Part shown: positions 9,327-19,080 of the stretch, one piece after another
How positions within the stretch are numbered: position 1 is the stretch's first letter
Layout of the letters: the number at the start of each line of letters is the position of its first letter
Source of the DNA: Escherichia phage VEc74
Reading direction: 5' to 3' (one strand)
Sequence record: MT932213.1
Length of the DNA: 64,000 nt
Made by a program: the position numbers and the translations under genes
The notes under the pieces: model-generated
Seen by the model: only the letters and a program-made list of their open reading frames with translations
Database searches by the model: none
What the model was told of the DNA's origin: nothing

Positions 9327-9724
9327 TATACTCTATTACTGGAAGCCAGTTGCAGTTTTATCTGCTCAATATCATCAGGGTTATCAATGACCGAAAAGCG
9401 TATTTCTACTATCAGAGTATAATCATCATAAACCGGTATTACATTAACTGCTAATTTATCAATACGTGGCTCATAGTTTCTTACTGCGCTTTCGATATTG
9501 CGCTCGACTGTGTCAGCAGTAAGAGGAGTCATATTTTCAAAAAGCTGGTCTGATAAATCACATCCAAATTCAGGGTCAAACGGTCTTGAACCTTTTCTTG
9601 TTGTAATAATTCCCAAAAGACTGTTTTTAATTGACCTTAATCCAAGCGATCTGGAAACGTCTTTGTTCCAATCCATTTTCATTTCCGGGTCAATATCAGA
9701 ATAAAGCTTATTAATATTTGCCAT
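9326..9724 (-). CDS. 25: Baseplate wedge protein gp25 (lysozyme-fold)
   Basis: 132-aa ORF, T4 gp25 length and sequence pattern. Confidence 0.88.
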   Translation of the reverse strand: MANINKLYSDIDPEMKMDWNKDVSRSLGLRSIKNSLLGIITTRKGSRPFDPEFGCDLSDQLFENMTPLTADTVERNIESAVRNYEPRIDKLAVNVIPVYDDYTLIVEIRFSVIDNPDDIEQIKLQLASSNRV

Positions 9725-10350
9725 TATAGTAACTCAAAGAACTCTTTGAGGCCTCTTATTACGTGAGCATGGGTTTTTCCACACTCTGGACACTTAATTG
9801 GAACAGCCAAATAAACGGTAGGCTTTAAAAGCATATCTTTTATAGCTACAATATCTGACTCTGTGATGATAGAATATAAATCTTCTAGTTCCTTTTCATT
9901 TAAGTCTTCAACTGGAATGCTTTCCCCGTTAGCATGAATCGTTTCTATGCATGATACTATCATGTGGGCTATATTTTTATCATCAAAAATTTTAGGGTAT
10001 CGGAATTTAATTTTAATGTCACCCAGTGTATACCAGAGGTCTTCTGGTGCATCTATTTGTGTATGTAATAGATTTATATGGGTTGGTATTTCAGTTCCAC
10101 AGGTGCACTTCCAGGAGTTTTCGTGATTAACTTCACCGAGAGAATGTGCCCATAAATGAATCAACAATAGTTCTGATTCTTGGCGGTTTAAATCTTTTGC
10201 ATTTGTGCAGTCTTTGATTAGCTTTTTAACAATTACTTCTACGGAACCATTATTTTTGGCAGTAATAAGTTCTAGATATTCTTTAAGCGTGAATGCGCGA
10301 CAATTGATTATTTTAGAACCAACTCTCACGTCAAATTTGTATTCATACAT
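9724..10350 (-). CDS. 26: Baseplate hub protein gp26
   Basis: 208-aa ORF, T4 gp26 length, coupled to gene 25. Confidence 0.8.
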   Translation of the reverse strand: MYEYKFDVRVGSKIINCRAFTLKEYLELITAKNNGSVEVIVKKLIKDCTNAKDLNRQESELLLIHLWAHSLGEVNHENSWKCTCGTEIPTHINLLHTQIDAPEDLWYTLGDIKIKFRYPKIFDDKNIAHMIVSCIETIHANGESIPVEDLNEKELEDLYSIITESDIVAIKDMLLKPTVYLAVPIKCPECGKTHAHVIRGLKEFFELL

Positions 10351-10371
10351 ATTTAGCTCCTTTATTTATCA

Positions 10372-10383
10372 TATTTATAAATA
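10372..10383. promoter_or_regulatory. Overlapping divergent late promoters (tatttataaata) for genes 26/25 (minus) and 51 (plus)
   Basis: 12-bp element contains TATAAATA on both strands, placed in the 50-bp divergent intergenic region. Confidence 0.6.
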
Positions 10384-10400
10384 GAATAAAAGGAGCATCT

Positions 10401-11150
10401 ATGGCAAACATTATTCGTTGTAAATTACCAGATGGTGTTCATCGTTTTAAACCATTTACGGTAGAAGATTATCGAGATTTTTTGTTAGTTCGAAACGATA
10501 TAGAACATCGGTCACCACAAGAACAAAAAGAAATAATTACTGATTTAATTGATGATTATTTTGGAGACTATCCGAAGACTTGGCAACCATTTATATTTTT
10601 GCAGGTATTTGTAGGGTCGATAGGTAAAACTAAAGTACCGGTCACATTTGTATGTCCAAAATGTAAAAAAGAAAAGACAGTTCCATTTGAAATATACCAA
10701 AAAGAATTAAAGGAACCTGTTTTTGATGTAGCTAATGTTAAAATTAAATTAAAGTTTCCTTCTGAGTTTTATGAAAATAAAGCAAAGATGATTACTGAAA
10801 ATATTCATTCTGTTCAAGTAGATGAAATTTGGTATGATTGGAAGGAAATTAGTGAATCAAGCCAAATAGAACTTGTTGATGCCATCGAGATAGAAACATT
10901 AGAAAAAATTCTCGATGCAATGAATCCTATTAATTTAACTCTACATATGTCATGTTGTAATAAGTACATTAAAAAATACACTGATATAGTAGACGTGTTT
11001 AAGCTATTAGTTAACCCGGATGAGATATTTACTTTTTATCAAATTAATCACACACTCGTAAAAAGTAATTATAGCTTAAATTCAATAATGAAAATGATTC
11101 CTGCCGAGCGCGGATTCGTATTAAAACTGATTGAGAAGGATAAACAATAA
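10401..11150 (+). CDS. 51: Baseplate hub assembly protein gp51
   Basis: 249-aa ORF, T4 gp51 length and position. Confidence 0.8.
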   Translation: MANIIRCKLPDGVHRFKPFTVEDYRDFLLVRNDIEHRSPQEQKEIITDLIDDYFGDYPKTWQPFIFLQVFVGSIGKTKVPVTFVCPKCKKEKTVPFEIYQKELKEPVFDVANVKIKLKFPSEFYENKAKMITENIHSVQVDEIWYDWKEISESSQIELVDAIEIETLEKILDAMNPINLTLHMSCCNKYIKKYTDIVDVFKLLVNPDEIFTFYQINHTLVKSNYSLNSIMKMIPAERGFVLKLIEKDKQ

Positions 11151-12325
11151 TGAGTATGTTGCAACGCCCCGGATATCCAAATCTCAGCGTTAAATTATTT
11201 GATAGCTACGACGCTTGGAGTAATAATAGATTTGTTGAATTAGCTGCTACTATTACCACATTAACTATGCGGGATTCTCTTTATGGCCGAAATGAAGGAA
11301 TGCTGCAGTTTTATGATTCTAAAAACATCCATACAAAAATGGATGGAAATGAAATAATTCAGATTTCTGTAGCTAATGCAAATGATATTAATAATGTTAA
11401 AACACGAATTTATGGATGTAAGCATTTTTCCGTGTCAGTAGATTCAAAAGGTGATAACATCATTGCTATTGAATTAGGAACTATTCATTCTATAGAAAAT
11501 CTTAAATTCGGTAGACCATTTTTCCCTGATGCAGGTGAATCTATAAAGGAAATGCTTGGCGTCATTTATCAGGATCGCACATTATTAACTCCAGCAATAA
11601 ATGCTATAAATGCTTATGTTCCTGATATTCCATGGACTAGCACATTTGAAAACTATTTGTCATATGTAAGAGAAGTTGCTCTAGCTGTAGGAAGCGACAA
11701 ATTTGTATTTGTATGGCAAGACATCATGGGAGTTAACATGATGGACTATGATATGATGATAAATCAAGAACCATATCCAATGATTGTCGGTGAGCCATCT
11801 TTAATAGGTCAATTTGTCCAAGAATTAAAATATCCATTAGCATATGATTTCGTTTGGTTGACTAAATCGAATCCTCACAAACGTGACCCAATGAAAAATG
11901 CTACTATCTATGCTCATTCATTTTTAGATTCTTCACTGCCAATGATTACTACAGGAAAGGGTGAAAACTCTATTGTAGTGTCAAGGTCAGGTGCTTATTC
12001 TGAAATGACTTATAGGAATGGATATGAAGAAGCTATTCGTCTTCAAACTATGGCACAATATGACGGCTATGCTAAATGTTCTACTGTCGGTAATTTTAAC
12101 TTGACTCCTGGTGTTAAAATTATTTTTAATGATAGTAAAAACCAATTTAAAACAGAATTTTACGTTGATGAAGTTATCCATGAATTATCCAATAATAATT
12201 CAGTAACTCATCTATATATGTTCACTAATGCAACGAAACTGGAAACAATAGACCCAGTTAAGGTTAAAAATGAATTTAAATCTGATACTACCACTGAAGA
12301 AAGTAGTTCTTCCAATAAGCAATAA
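11150..12325 (+). CDS. 27: Baseplate hub protein gp27
   Basis: 391-aa ORF, T4 gp27 length; ATG overlaps gene 51 stop. Confidence 0.88.
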   Translation: MSMLQRPGYPNLSVKLFDSYDAWSNNRFVELAATITTLTMRDSLYGRNEGMLQFYDSKNIHTKMDGNEIIQISVANANDINNVKTRIYGCKHFSVSVDSKGDNIIAIELGTIHSIENLKFGRPFFPDAGESIKEMLGVIYQDRTLLTPAINAINAYVPDIPWTSTFENYLSYVREVALAVGSDKFVFVWQDIMGVNMMDYDMMINQEPYPMIVGEPSLIGQFVQELKYPLAYDFVWLTKSNPHKRDPMKNATIYAHSFLDSSLPMITTGKGENSIVVSRSGAYSEMTYRNGYEEAIRLQTMAQYDGYAKCSTVGNFNLTPGVKIIFNDSKNQFKTEFYVDEVIHELSNNNSVTHLYMFTNATKLETIDPVKVKNEFKSDTTTEESSSSNKQ

Positions 12326-12803
12326 AGAAGTTTCTATTCCTAAAATGGGTCTTAAACATTATAACATTTTAAAAGATGTTAAAGGTCCTGATGAAAATTT
12401 AAAACTTCTTATTGATTCTATTTGTCCGAATTTATCACCGGCAGAAGTTGATTTCGTTTCTATTCATTTATTGGAATTTAATGGAAAGATTAAATCTCGT
12501 AAAGAAATAGATGGTTATACTTATGACATTAATGATGTTTATGTGTGCCAAAGATTAGAATTTCAATACCAAGGAAATACATTTTATTTTAGACCTCCTG
12601 GAAAATTTGAACAATTTTTAACGGTGAGCGATATGTTATCTAAATGCTTACTTAGGGTCAACGATGAAGTTAAAGAAATTAATTTTCTTGAGATGCCAGC
12701 ATTCGTTTTAAAATGGGCAAATGATATTTTTACAACTTTAGCAATTCCTGGCCCTAATGGTCCAATAACTGGAATTGGCAATATTATTGGATTATTTGAA
12801 TGA
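12270..12803 (+). CDS. 28: Baseplate hub distal subunit gp28
   Basis: 177-aa ORF overlapping the 3' end of gene 27, as in T4. Confidence 0.78.
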   Translation: MNLNLILPLKKVVLPISNKEVSIPKMGLKHYNILKDVKGPDENLKLLIDSICPNLSPAEVDFVSIHLLEFNGKIKSRKEIDGYTYDINDVYVCQRLEFQYQGNTFYFRPPGKFEQFLTVSDMLSKCLLRVNDEVKEINFLEMPAFVLKWANDIFTTLAIPGPNGPITGIGNIIGLFE

Positions 12804-14572
12804 AAAAGCCACAAGAAATGCAAACGATGCGTAGAAAAGTTATTTCAGATAATAAACCAACACAGGAAGCGGCTAAATCCGCTTCTAACACTTTATCTGG
12901 ACTTAATGATATATCTACGAAATTGGATGATGCTCAAGCTGCTTCTGAATTAATAGCTCAAACTGTCGAAGAAAAATCGAATGAAATAGTTGGAGCAATT
13001 GGTAACGTAGAAAGCGCAGTGAGTGATACTACTGCTGGTTCTGAGTTAATTGCTGAAACTGTTGAAATTGGCAACAATATTAATAAAGAAATAGGTGAAT
13101 CGCTCGGAAGCAAATTAGATAAATTAACAAGTTTACTAGAGCAAAAAATTCAGACAGCTGGAATTCAACAGACAGGAACCAGTTTAGCCACTGTTGAAAG
13201 CGCTATTCCTGTTAAAGTCGTTGAGGATGATACTGCCGAATCTGTGGGTCCTTTATTACCAGCTCCTGAAGCAGTTAATAATGATCCTGACGCTGATTTT
13301 TTCCCTACCCCTCAACCAGTTGAACCCAAACAAGAATCGCCAGAAGAAAAACAGAAAAAAGAAGCATTTAACTTAAAATTATCTCAAGCTTTAGATAAAT
13401 TAACAAAGACTGTTGATTTTGGATTTAAGAAATCTATTTCAATTAGTGATAAAATATCAAGCATGTTATTTAAGTACACCATCAGTGCTGCTATTGAAGC
13501 CGCTAAAATGACTGCAATGATATTGGCTGTTGTTGTTGGAATAGATCTGCTGATGGTTCACTTTAAATATTGGTCAGATAAATTTTCAAAAGCCTGGGAT
13601 TTATTTAATACTGACTTTACTAAATTCTCTAGCGAAACCGGAACATGGGGTCCTTTATTACAGAGCATCTTTGATTCTATTGATAAAATTAAACAACTTT
13701 GGGAAGCGGGAGATTGGGGCGGATTGACAGTAGCTATTGTTGAAGGGCTTGGAAAGGTTCTTTATAATTTAGGAGAACTTATTCAATTAGGTATGGCTAA
13801 ATTATCTGCGGCAATTCTTCGAGTTATTCCTGGAATGAAAGATACCGCTGATGAAGTAGAAGGAAGAGCGCTGGAAAATTTCCAAAATACTACAAATGCT
13901 TCTCTTAGCAAAGAAGATCAAGAAAAAGTTGCAAATTATCAATATAAAAGAATGAATGGCGATCTTGGTCCAATAGCAAAAGGATTAGACAAAATTGCGA
14001 ACTGGAAAACTCGTGCTTCTAACTGGATTCGTGGTGTTGATAATAAAGAAGCACTAACGACTGATGAAGAGAGAGCAGAGGAAGAAGAAAAATTAAAGCA
14101 ACTTTCTCCGGAAGAAGCTAAAATTGCTTTAATGAAAGCTAATGAAGCTCGTGCTGCTATGAATCGTTTTGAACAATATGCCGATTCAGCTGATATGAGT
14201 AAAGACTCAACAGTTAAATCAGTTGAATCTGCCTATGAAGACCTTAAAAAACGGATGGATGACCCGGATTTAAATAATTCACCGGCAGTTAAAAAAGAAC
14301 TTGCTTCTAGATTTGCTAAAATTGATGCTACTTATCAAGAGCTCAAGAAAAATCAGCCTAATGCCAAACCTGAAACTTCTGCTAAATCACCAGAAGCGAA
14401 ACAGGTTCAGGTGATTGAAAAGAACAGAGCACAGCAAGCTCCTGTTCAACAAGCATCTCCTTCAATCAATAATACTAATAATGTTATTAAGAAAAATACT
14501 GTCGTTCATAATATGACACCTGTCACAAGCACAACTGCTCCTGGTGTATTTGGCGCGACTGGAGTTAATTAA
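12800..14572 (+). CDS. 29: Baseplate hub / tail length determinator gp29
   Basis: 590-aa ORF, T4 gp29 length; ATGA overlap with gene 28. Confidence 0.88.
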   Translation: MKKPQEMQTMRRKVISDNKPTQEAAKSASNTLSGLNDISTKLDDAQAASELIAQTVEEKSNEIVGAIGNVESAVSDTTAGSELIAETVEIGNNINKEIGESLGSKLDKLTSLLEQKIQTAGIQQTGTSLATVESAIPVKVVEDDTAESVGPLLPAPEAVNNDPDADFFPTPQPVEPKQESPEEKQKKEAFNLKLSQALDKLTKTVDFGFKKSISISDKISSMLFKYTISAAIEAAKMTAMILAVVVGIDLLMVHFKYWSDKFSKAWDLFNTDFTKFSSETGTWGPLLQSIFDSIDKIKQLWEAGDWGGLTVAIVEGLGKVLYNLGELIQLGMAKLSAAILRVIPGMKDTADEVEGRALENFQNTTNASLSKEDQEKVANYQYKRMNGDLGPIAKGLDKIANWKTRASNWIRGVDNKEALTTDEERAEEEEKLKQLSPEEAKIALMKANEARAAMNRFEQYADSADMSKDSTVKSVESAYEDLKKRMDDPDLNNSPAVKKELASRFAKIDATYQELKKNQPNAKPETSAKSPEAKQVQVIEKNRAQQAPVQQASPSINNTNNVIKKNTVVHNMTPVTSTTAPGVFGATGVN

Positions 14573-14580
14573 GGAATAAT

Positions 14581-15675
14581 ATGGCAATTGTTAAAGAAAT
14601 AACTGCTGATTTAATTAAAAAGTCTGGTGAGAAAATTTCAGCCGGACAGAGTACTAAATCGGAAGTAGGAACTAAAACATACACTGCCCAGTTTCCAACT
14701 GGGCGTGCTAGTGGTAATGACACTACAGGGGACTTCCAGGTAACAGATCTGTATAAGAATGGATTATTATTTACTGCATACAATATGTCATCTAGGGATT
14801 CTGGAAGTCTTAGATCGATGAGATCTAACTACTCTTCTTCATCTTCGAGTATTTTACGTACAGCAAGAAACACTATTAGTAGTACAGTATCAAAACTATC
14901 AAATGGATTAATATCAAATAATAATTCAGGAACAATAAGTAAAGCTCCTATCGCAAACATTCTTTTACCGAGATCTAAATCTGATGTTGATACATCATCA
15001 CATAGATTTAATGATGTTCAAGAAAGCCTTATCAGTAGAGGCGGAGGTACTGCTACTGGAGTGCTAAGTAATATTGCTTCAACCGCAGTATTTGGGGCGC
15101 TGGAAAGTATAACACAAGGTATAATGGCTGATAATAATGAACAGATTTATACGACAGCCAGAAGTATGTATGGTGGTGCTGAAAATAGAACTAAAGTGTT
15201 TACATGGGATTTGACTCCACGTTCAACAGAAGATTTAATGGCTATTATTAATATCTATCAATATTTTAATTATTTTTCTTATGGTGAAACGGGTAAATCT
15301 CAATATGCTGCTGAAATAAAGGGGTATTTAGATGATTGGTATCGTTCTACGTTAATTGAACCTTTATCTCCGGAAGACGCAGCTAAAAATAAAACACTAT
15401 TTGAGAAAATGACATCGAGTTTAACTAACGTTCTAGTAGTTTCAAACCCGACAATTTGGATGGTGAAAAACTTTGGTGCAACATCTAAGTTTGATGGAAA
15501 AACGGAAATATTTGGCCCATGTCAAATCCAGAGTATCAGATTTGATAAAACACCCAATGGTAACTTTAACGGATTAGCTATTGCTCCAAACCTCCCTAGT
15601 ACATTTACTCTCGAGATTACTATGAGAGAAATTATCACGTTAAACCGTGCTTCTTTATATGCGGGGACTTTTTAA
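14581..15675 (+). CDS. 48: Baseplate tail-tube junction protein gp48
   Basis: 364-aa ORF, T4 gp48 length and position. Confidence 0.85.
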   Translation: MAIVKEITADLIKKSGEKISAGQSTKSEVGTKTYTAQFPTGRASGNDTTGDFQVTDLYKNGLLFTAYNMSSRDSGSLRSMRSNYSSSSSSILRTARNTISSTVSKLSNGLISNNNSGTISKAPIANILLPRSKSDVDTSSHRFNDVQESLISRGGGTATGVLSNIASTAVFGALESITQGIMADNNEQIYTTARSMYGGAENRTKVFTWDLTPRSTEDLMAIINIYQYFNYFSYGETGKSQYAAEIKGYLDDWYRSTLIEPLSPEDAAKNKTLFEKMTSSLTNVLVVSNPTIWMVKNFGATSKFDGKTEIFGPCQIQSIRFDKTPNGNFNGLAIAPNLPSTFTLEITMREIITLNRASLYAGTF

Positions 15676-16640
15676 TGTATTCTTTAGAGGAATTTAATAA
15701 TCAAGCAATAAACGCAGATTTCCAACGTAATAATATGTTTAGCTGCGTTTTTGCAACAACTCCATCAACTAAAAGCTCTTCGTTGATAAGTTCAATTAGC
15801 AACTTTTCTTATAATAACTTGGGCCTAAATTCAGATTGGTTAGGATTAACTCAAGGCGATATTAATCAGGGAATTACCACGCTAATTACAGCTGGCACAC
15901 AAAAACTGATAAGAAAATCAGGGGTTAGTAAATATCTTATTGGTGCCATGAGTCAACGTACAGTTCAAAGTTTATTAGGCTCATTTACAGTTGGTACATA
16001 TTTAATTGACTTCTTTAACATGGCATATAACTCATCTGGATTGATGATATACTCTGTAAAAATGCCAGAGAATAGATTATCATATGAAACTGACTGGAAC
16101 TATAATTCTCCTAATATTCGTATAACTGGGAGAGAATTAGACCCTTTGGTTATTTCATTTAGAATGGACTCAGAAGCTTGTAACTATCGTGCAATGCAAG
16201 ACTGGGTTAACTCTGTTCAAGACCCAGTAACTGGATTACGTGCTTTGCCACAAGATGTCGAGGCAGATATTCAGGTTAATCTTCATTCTCGTAATGGATT
16301 GCCTCATACTGCGGTGATGTTCACCGGATGCATTCCAATATCAGTTAGCGCTCCTGAGTTATCATATGATGGAGATAACCAAATAACTACATTTGATGTT
16401 ACTTTTGCGTACAGAGTGATGCAGGCTGGAGCAGTTGATAGGCAAGCTGCGCTTGAATGGCTTGAATCTGCTGCTATAAATGGTATTCAAAGCGTTCTCG
16501 GAAATAGTGGAGGTGTTACTGGACTATCTAATTCGCTTTCACGACTCAGTAGATTAGGGGGAACTGCAGGAAGCATTTCAAACATTAATACTATGACAGG
16601 AATTGTCAATTCGCAAAGTAAAATATTAGGAGCAATATAA
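15675..16640 (+). CDS. 54: Baseplate tail-tube initiator gp54
   Basis: 321-aa ORF, TAATG overlap with gene 48; T4 gp54 position. Confidence 0.85.
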   Translation: MYSLEEFNNQAINADFQRNNMFSCVFATTPSTKSSSLISSISNFSYNNLGLNSDWLGLTQGDINQGITTLITAGTQKLIRKSGVSKYLIGAMSQRTVQSLLGSFTVGTYLIDFFNMAYNSSGLMIYSVKMPENRLSYETDWNYNSPNIRITGRELDPLVISFRMDSEACNYRAMQDWVNSVQDPVTGLRALPQDVEADIQVNLHSRNGLPHTAVMFTGCIPISVSAPELSYDGDNQITTFDVTFAYRVMQAGAVDRQAALEWLESAAINGIQSVLGNSGGVTGLSNSLSRLSRLGGTAGSISNINTMTGIVNSQSKILGAI

Positions 16641-16644
16641 CAAT

Positions 16645-16662
16645 GGGGACCGAAAGGTCCCC
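16645..16662. terminator. Bidirectional GC hairpin (ggggaccgaaaggtcccc) between convergent gene 54 and minus-strand ORF
   Basis: Perfect 7-bp stem, GAAA loop, T-run on plus strand. Confidence 0.7.
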
Positions 16663-16668
16663 ATATTT

Positions 16669-16959
16669 TTATTTACGGAATGAAATGAAAGCAGCAACTG
16701 AAGCAACTAAACTGTCTTCAATATAAACTTCAATTTTTACCGGAGCTTCTGACTCAAATTTACCTGTTACTACACCCTGGAAAATACTTTCAGTCTGTTC
16801 TGGCTTTGAAAAATTTTCAGAAGGAAAAATTCCGAACTTTTTATCTGTTCCAAAAATTTTAATAAATTCATCGTAAACTGCTTCATTAAAAGCGTTATCA
16901 GCAGGAATAACGCCTTCAACTACAAGTTCTTGACCTAAAAAGCGCAAAGAAGATTTCAT
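16669..16959 (-). CDS. Hypothetical protein (T4 alt.-3 position)
   Basis: 96-aa ORF with its own early promoter and RBS. Confidence 0.55.
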   Translation of the reverse strand: MKSSLRFLGQELVVEGVIPADNAFNEAVYDEFIKIFGTDKKFGIFPSENFSKPEQTESIFQGVVTGKFESEAPVKIEVYIEDSLVASVAAFISFRK

Positions 16960-16990
16960 TTTGTGTTCCTCATGTTATGTCAGTAAGACT

Positions 16991-17020
16991 ACTATAACAC
17001 AACATAAGGAACTTGTAAAC
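16991..17020 (-). promoter_or_regulatory. T4-type early promoter (-35 GTTTAC, 18-bp spacer, -10 TATAGT)
   Basis: Read on minus strand; part of a 50-bp promoter-leader module also present at 32517-32566. Confidence 0.6.
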
Positions 17021-19077
17021 TACATTTTGAACTTTTTAGACATTCCGTTGATGTTAACCAAAGAAGCTAAGATTTGAGAAACTTCGTTTTCCTCTTCTTT
17101 TGATTCTTCTACAAGGAATTGATTAAATCCAACCATTGGACGAACTTCACCAGTTTCCATTAGATGGTCGCCATCATATACTGATTCTTCTAATTGTTCA
17201 GAAGGAGGAACGATTGTACCTTCGATTAGATACTTGTTATAAGCCGTTTCTTTCATAAAGTACGTACTTACTTTATTAATCTTCAGTAAAATTCCACGAG
17301 GTAGAATAACTTCAGCTTCTGATGGAAATCCTGATAAATGACCTGGAACGATAACTTTGATTCGCTCAGCTCCTTTAATTACCATACCCACGCTAGTTTC
17401 AGCATCTTCATTGGCATATGTAGAATGACTACCCATATGCATCAAATGTTCTGCATCAACGGAACCTTCTCCTTCACCAGAAAATACTGCGCCGGAATCA
17501 TCTAGAGCCATATAGTTTTTACCATGCTCACCGAAGATATTTGGTTTAAGCGATGTCGATACGAAGTTCTTGAAATAGAACATTTTGTTTTCAATGTTAT
17601 GACGCAAAGTTTTAAAGGTAACTTCTTGTCCACGGTAAAGTGTAGTTCCTGGAGGAAGAACTGAACCTTTAGCGAATGCAGAATCCAACGTCTCGATGTG
17701 CTTAATAGCTCGTTCCATATATTCTTCACGGGTAGAATCTGGTTTACCCAAAAGGAACGAGTTCATTTCAACATATGAATCTGCACAATAATCTTCAATT
17801 ACATCAGACTCAGCCTGAGTCAGTCCTTTTGGAGTTACTTCAGTACTTGCATATTCATATGCCTGAGCAGCAGATTCATTAATCAATTTATAAATGCCAT
17901 TCATGACAAATTGAATAATAGCTGTCTTTTCATCTGGCGTAGCATTAGAACCTTTAACCAAATCATTGATAATTTTCTTAATAACATCAAAGCTATTAGA
18001 AATATTAATGTCAGCAAGATCGCTTAAAATTTTATCAGTTTTATAATCAAAGAATTCTTTATTCTTTAAATATTCTTGAGAACCTTGATATGTTATATCG
18101 CTTTGCAACTTGATAGATGGATCACGTAAACGTGCATGGGCTAATGCAATATGATTTCGGAAGTTTTCTAGTTCATAATCGCTAGATTTAAAACGAGAAG
18201 CACTTCTCATACCACCAATAGCTCCTTTGTTGAAGTTTGAACCAATCTGAATAACGCCAGAGTTCATTGGTCCTTCTGCTTTATATACCGGAACTTTAGA
18301 TTCAAACTCTTGATATTTCTTAGCAGCGAAGCTATCACCCTGAAGTGAAGCATCAACAGTAGAATATTGAGCTTGTGCTGCTAATCGACGACTAATTTTA
18401 GTTTTCTGAATAACAGCTTGATCCGTGCGCTTATCATTTTCTAAAGCAATAGAAGCAGCAACAGCGACAGCTTTAGGAACAGCATTACCTGTTTTAACGT
18501 CTACATAAACATCACCGACCTTTGATTCAACTTTTGTGAATAACTCAGTTGAAATAGGAGGTACACCTGGAATGTCTTCTAAATTGGCATTTTTACGGTA
18601 AACCATAATATATGCGTACTTTTTATCATAGTCCCAGATTTCCTTTAAAAGAACATATCGACCTGCTCCTTTAGTACGTACTAAACGGTCAGCAATAACT
18701 TGCATTTGACGAGCTGCGCCATTTGTTTTACTTTTTAGTACGCGGAATAAGCATGCGTCGATTTTATACTGCTTCATTGTTTGAAGAGCAGTATCAAAAA
18801 CCGCATTAATGACGCCAATTGGATTTCCACCCAAGTTTCTAAGCTTAACCAGCGATAATTTCTCGTTGACGCCTATCATTACGATATGCATCATTTTGTC
18901 GCCTGGCTTAACGTTTTTATTTGTATCACCGCCAGAGGTGTATGTACAAAATCTAAATCCAGGAAGCACACTTTCTTCGCCGGCTTGAATAGCAAAAATT
19001 TGTGGTATTTTATGCTTAGGATTTAAGTTAACAACCGGCGCCGAAGCGCCGTCAAATAATTCTGTAATAAGTTCCAT
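17020..19077 (-). CDS. Alt-like ADP-ribosyltransferase paralog (T4 alt.-2 position)
   Basis: 685-aa ORF; N-terminus MELITELFD... and blocks GxGRYVLLKEIWDYDKKYAYI, EDIPGVPxISTELFTKVESKVGDVY shared with Alt; C-terminal R / STS / EAEVILPRG ART motifs (YRGQ, FVSTSL, SEAEVILPRG). Confidence 0.8.
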   Translation of the reverse strand: MELITELFDGASAPVVNLNPKHKIPQIFAIQAGEESVLPGFRFCTYTSGGDTNKNVKPGDKMMHIVMIGVNEKLSLVKLRNLGGNPIGVINAVFDTALQTMKQYKIDACLFRVLKSKTNGAARQMQVIADRLVRTKGAGRYVLLKEIWDYDKKYAYIMVYRKNANLEDIPGVPPISTELFTKVESKVGDVYVDVKTGNAVPKAVAVAASIALENDKRTDQAVIQKTKISRRLAAQAQYSTVDASLQGDSFAAKKYQEFESKVPVYKAEGPMNSGVIQIGSNFNKGAIGGMRSASRFKSSDYELENFRNHIALAHARLRDPSIKLQSDITYQGSQEYLKNKEFFDYKTDKILSDLADINISNSFDVIKKIINDLVKGSNATPDEKTAIIQFVMNGIYKLINESAAQAYEYASTEVTPKGLTQAESDVIEDYCADSYVEMNSFLLGKPDSTREEYMERAIKHIETLDSAFAKGSVLPPGTTLYRGQEVTFKTLRHNIENKMFYFKNFVSTSLKPNIFGEHGKNYMALDDSGAVFSGEGEGSVDAEHLMHMGSHSTYANEDAETSVGMVIKGAERIKVIVPGHLSGFPSEAEVILPRGILLKINKVSTYFMKETAYNKYLIEGTIVPPSEQLEESVYDGDHLMETGEVRPMVGFNQFLVEESKEEENEVSQILASLVNINGMSKKFKM

Positions 19078-19080
19078 GAT

